In this document: piece by piece, positions 61,226-64,000 of the stretch
Numbering within the stretch: position 1 is the first letter of the stretch
How the letters are laid out: each line of letters begins with the position of its first letter
Position numbers and translations under genes: made by a program
Notes under the pieces: generated by a model
What the model saw: the letters and a program-made list of their open reading frames with translations, nothing else
What the model was told of the DNA's origin: nothing
Database searches by the model: none
Source: Owenia fusiformis
Taxonomy: Eukaryota
Reading direction: 5' to 3'
Length of the DNA: 64,000 nucleotides
Assembly: GCA_903813345.2 (NCBI GenBank)
Contig: CAIIXF020000001.1
Coordinates: forward strand, 8,246,001-8,310,000

Positions 61226-63532
61226 CAGGGCTTGCATTAACGGCGTCCCTTACATGTAAGTGACGCAAAAAAAAATTGTAGGACGGAAAAATAAAAAATA
61301 TTTCCGTTTTTGGGACGGAAAAAAAATTGAGTCAAAACTTTGAACATTTTTTGAAAATCTCAATAGTTGATCATGTTTGACTTCTTTGAGGTGTATATAA
61401 AGATCAAAATATGTGAGATTTACAACTTAATTTTGAGTAAAAAAGAAAAAGAATGCAGAAAAACGAACTATTGTAATGGGCGATAATAGGTTATCAGTTG
61501 GGTGCACCCCAGTTGTCCGAAACCCAGTTGTCCGAAACCCAGTTGTCCGAAACCCAGTTGTCCGAAGCCCAGTTTTCCGAAACCCAGTTCTCCGAAACCC
61601 AGTTGTCCGAAAAATTTAGTCATAATTTACCAGATTAAGGGGGACGCACCCCAAGCCAGTTTCATGTCATGTATTTGGCAAAATTAATGGCATGGACGCA
61701 TTCTGATGTATAGATCTCTCTCTCACTTTGAATTGCATCCATTACACGGCGTTACCAGAATGACAGGAACGGGGGATTTATTTTACATTGTGATTCTAAA
61801 AAAGGTCATCAAAACACAATATATATTACGAAACAGATGATCTTATCTTATTCAATATATTTTATATAGGCAAAATAAAATGGAACATTTTGAAACCGAT
61901 AAAATAAGTTATAACGCATAAAACTTTAAGAATAAACAGTACACATATTACGTTGTCAAAATGTTTCGTCGCATTTAATTTCTTAGTCTCTGTCTCTTAT
62001 CAAATCGTAAAATGTAAAAGAACAAAACATTCTAAACGTAATCACTTGGGATTAACTGGAAGCGAAGACAGGCTGTCCTCGTATCAAATTGGATGTTCTC
62101 CCATTCGCAAGAAGTTTCATTTTCGCCATGTACTCACTTCATCTTTTTGAATTTAATCTCTATTTCTCGAACAGAGTACCTAAATGAAGAATAATTTTTG
62201 GTTTCAAAATATGTACACGTCAACTTTACTAAATAAATGCCCACTGGCTTGGGAAAACTATTTCCCTTTTATGAACGCCCATCACCCATTGGAAAAATGT
62301 TATTCCCTCTCAAAAAAATTTGGACGAAATCTTAACAATGGGTGGTACTGAACAACCAAAATCTTCTTTTTAGATATTTTTCAGGGTAGAAATATTATCA
62401 ATTGATATTGGAAAACATAATTAACCATATTTTATTGAGGAAAGGGAATGAAAAAAATTATCAAATGAATATTATATAATTGTCACGGACGTCCATACGT
62501 TATTCTAATGAGATAGATATTCCTTTCGCCAGAATATTCTCTTCGACTGTGATAATTGTCTAAAATGTTGGCGGCAGTCTTGAATTTTCACCAAGAAGGA
62601 GTGCGATTCGTGCTGGACAATGCGGTTCAAAATTTGTAGAATGTCCATATAAGTCTATGTGCCGAGAATTTAGTTAGAATATATAGCTATATATGATCGT
62701 GAACTTTCGGACCCATTATTGACCGGGCTAACCGATGTCAACGTGATCCCAATGTTATGCTGTCCTGATTCGCGAGGTTGCGACAAGATTCGTTACTAAG
62801 AAATTTAATTTTTTAATTTTCGGAGAACTGGGTTTCGGAGAATTGGGTTTCGGATAACTGGGTTTCGGACAACTGGGTTTCGGACAACTGGGGACAACTG
62901 GGTTTCGGAGAACTGGGTTTCGGACAACTGGGTTTCGGACAACTGGGTTTCGGACAACTGGGTTGACCCCTTATCAGTTTGCATGTGACATATTTTTCTC
63001 ACTGAAAAGCTGATATGAAACCTTCAAAATGAGTTCAATTGTACAAATGATGCATACTTACCTAGGTGAAGTAGTCTATTTGTGATTATATAACGTCAAA
63101 ATGGTCTAATTTATGATATAAATCAGAGGATTCTGATCATGTAGAAAATGTAGTGATACACTAAATTACTGAGCGTCAGACAAATTCATACTAAAAAATG
63201 TTCTTATTTTTTCAAGCAGTTGTTCAGTGCAAACAGCAAGTATAAAGATAATCACAGTATAATAGTACTTACTATAACAGGCTGGAGGTTACATAACATA
63301 AGTGAATTGAATATAAAGAACATGTTTAAATCACAGGGCACGAATGGCAACATTTTGAAAACGCATAAGGCATGTAAGATCAAGTCATGCACATTCCAAA
63401 ATAGCCCATTATAGCTAATTTAGCTAATTTAGCTTATATATTGGAGGACACACTTTTTTCGGTCGGGACTCACTTTTTAAAAAAATTTCCTTCATTGGGA
63501 CTCACATTTGTCAGAGTCTAATGCAAGCGCTG
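61226..63532. mobile_element. hAT-like non-autonomous element with 6-bp TSD (hAT6-like)
   Basis: CATACT|CAGGGCTTGCATTA ... TAATGCAAGCGCTG|CATACT, with subterminal GGAC(G/T) motifs. Confidence 0.8.
61500..62970. mobile_element. Mutator/foldback-type element with tandem-repeat TIRs and 9-bp TSD
   Basis: TTATCAGTT|GGGTGCACCC ... GGTTGACCCC|TTATCAGTT. Arms are built of 15-bp CCCAGTTGTCCGAAA units (~7 left, ~10 right). Confidence 0.88.
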
Positions 63533-64000
63533 CATACTTCACAAAAGCAATACATATTACTAATCCAACTCAACTTATCTACATGTACAGGTAGATCATT
63601 GTTATTGCATGGGCGTTATGTTTCTATAATAATATCATCTTTTAAAATCTATTATATGAGTAAATCAGTTTATAATATTAATCCCAGCTTGGAAGATTTT
63701 CAGTTCTCATTGTTCTTAGTTCTCATATAAACAACTTTTCAAATAATATTACCAGGTAATGCCAGGTCATGGACTTATAGAAAGTCCATGGTCAGATGTA
63801 CAAATTATCTTACAAAATTACAGACATGATAATAGATCTCGTACTTGAGAATCTTGCAATGAAATTAAATGTTTCAGCGCTCTAACACCAAAATACACGA
63901 GAGCTCTCAGTTGCCAATGCAACATTAAAAAGTGAAACAAAAATGAAACTAGAAAGTGTATTCCTTGTAATCCATATGAATCATAAGTTTCTAAATATTT

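Noticed and set aside
61502-63002. PKPSC-repeat and SETQL-repeat ORFs
   Set aside because: Translations of the 15-bp TIR arrays of the Mutator-type element.

Overview
AT-rich, intron-containing animal (probably lophotrochozoan invertebrate) genomic DNA with three reconstructable protein-coding genes. (1) On the minus strand (340-8118), a 5-exon ZGLP1-type GATA zinc-finger gene of about 754 aa; its finger exons are missed by the ORF track. (2) On the plus strand, a class A neuropeptide GPCR of the elevenin/CNMamide/FMRFamide-receptor type, with two coding exons (30611-30751, 31351-32550) and a possible distant 5'UTR exon. (3) On the minus strand (46349-61156), the 3' eight exons of a cationic amino-acid transporter (SLC7A1-3 type), continuing beyond the window and carrying a candidate duplicated alternative exon. 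Introns and intergenic DNA are packed with nested non-autonomous transposons whose ends and target-site duplications (TSDs) can be read directly. Three unrelated elements have CAC...GTG ends and exact 5-bp TSDs, the Transib/RAG-like signature, and one starts with the RSS-heptamer-like CACGGTG. Others include a 6-bp-TSD hAT-like element containing a 9-bp-TSD Mutator/foldback element, a 5-bp-TSD CAGG element with ~21-bp-phased motifs, Kolobok-, Harbinger-, Tc1-, Helentron- and Crypton-like elements, LINE relics and a 36-bp minisatellite. No autonomous transposase ORF, rRNA, tRNA gene or CRISPR array was found. All family assignments come from my reading of the sequence, not from database searches.
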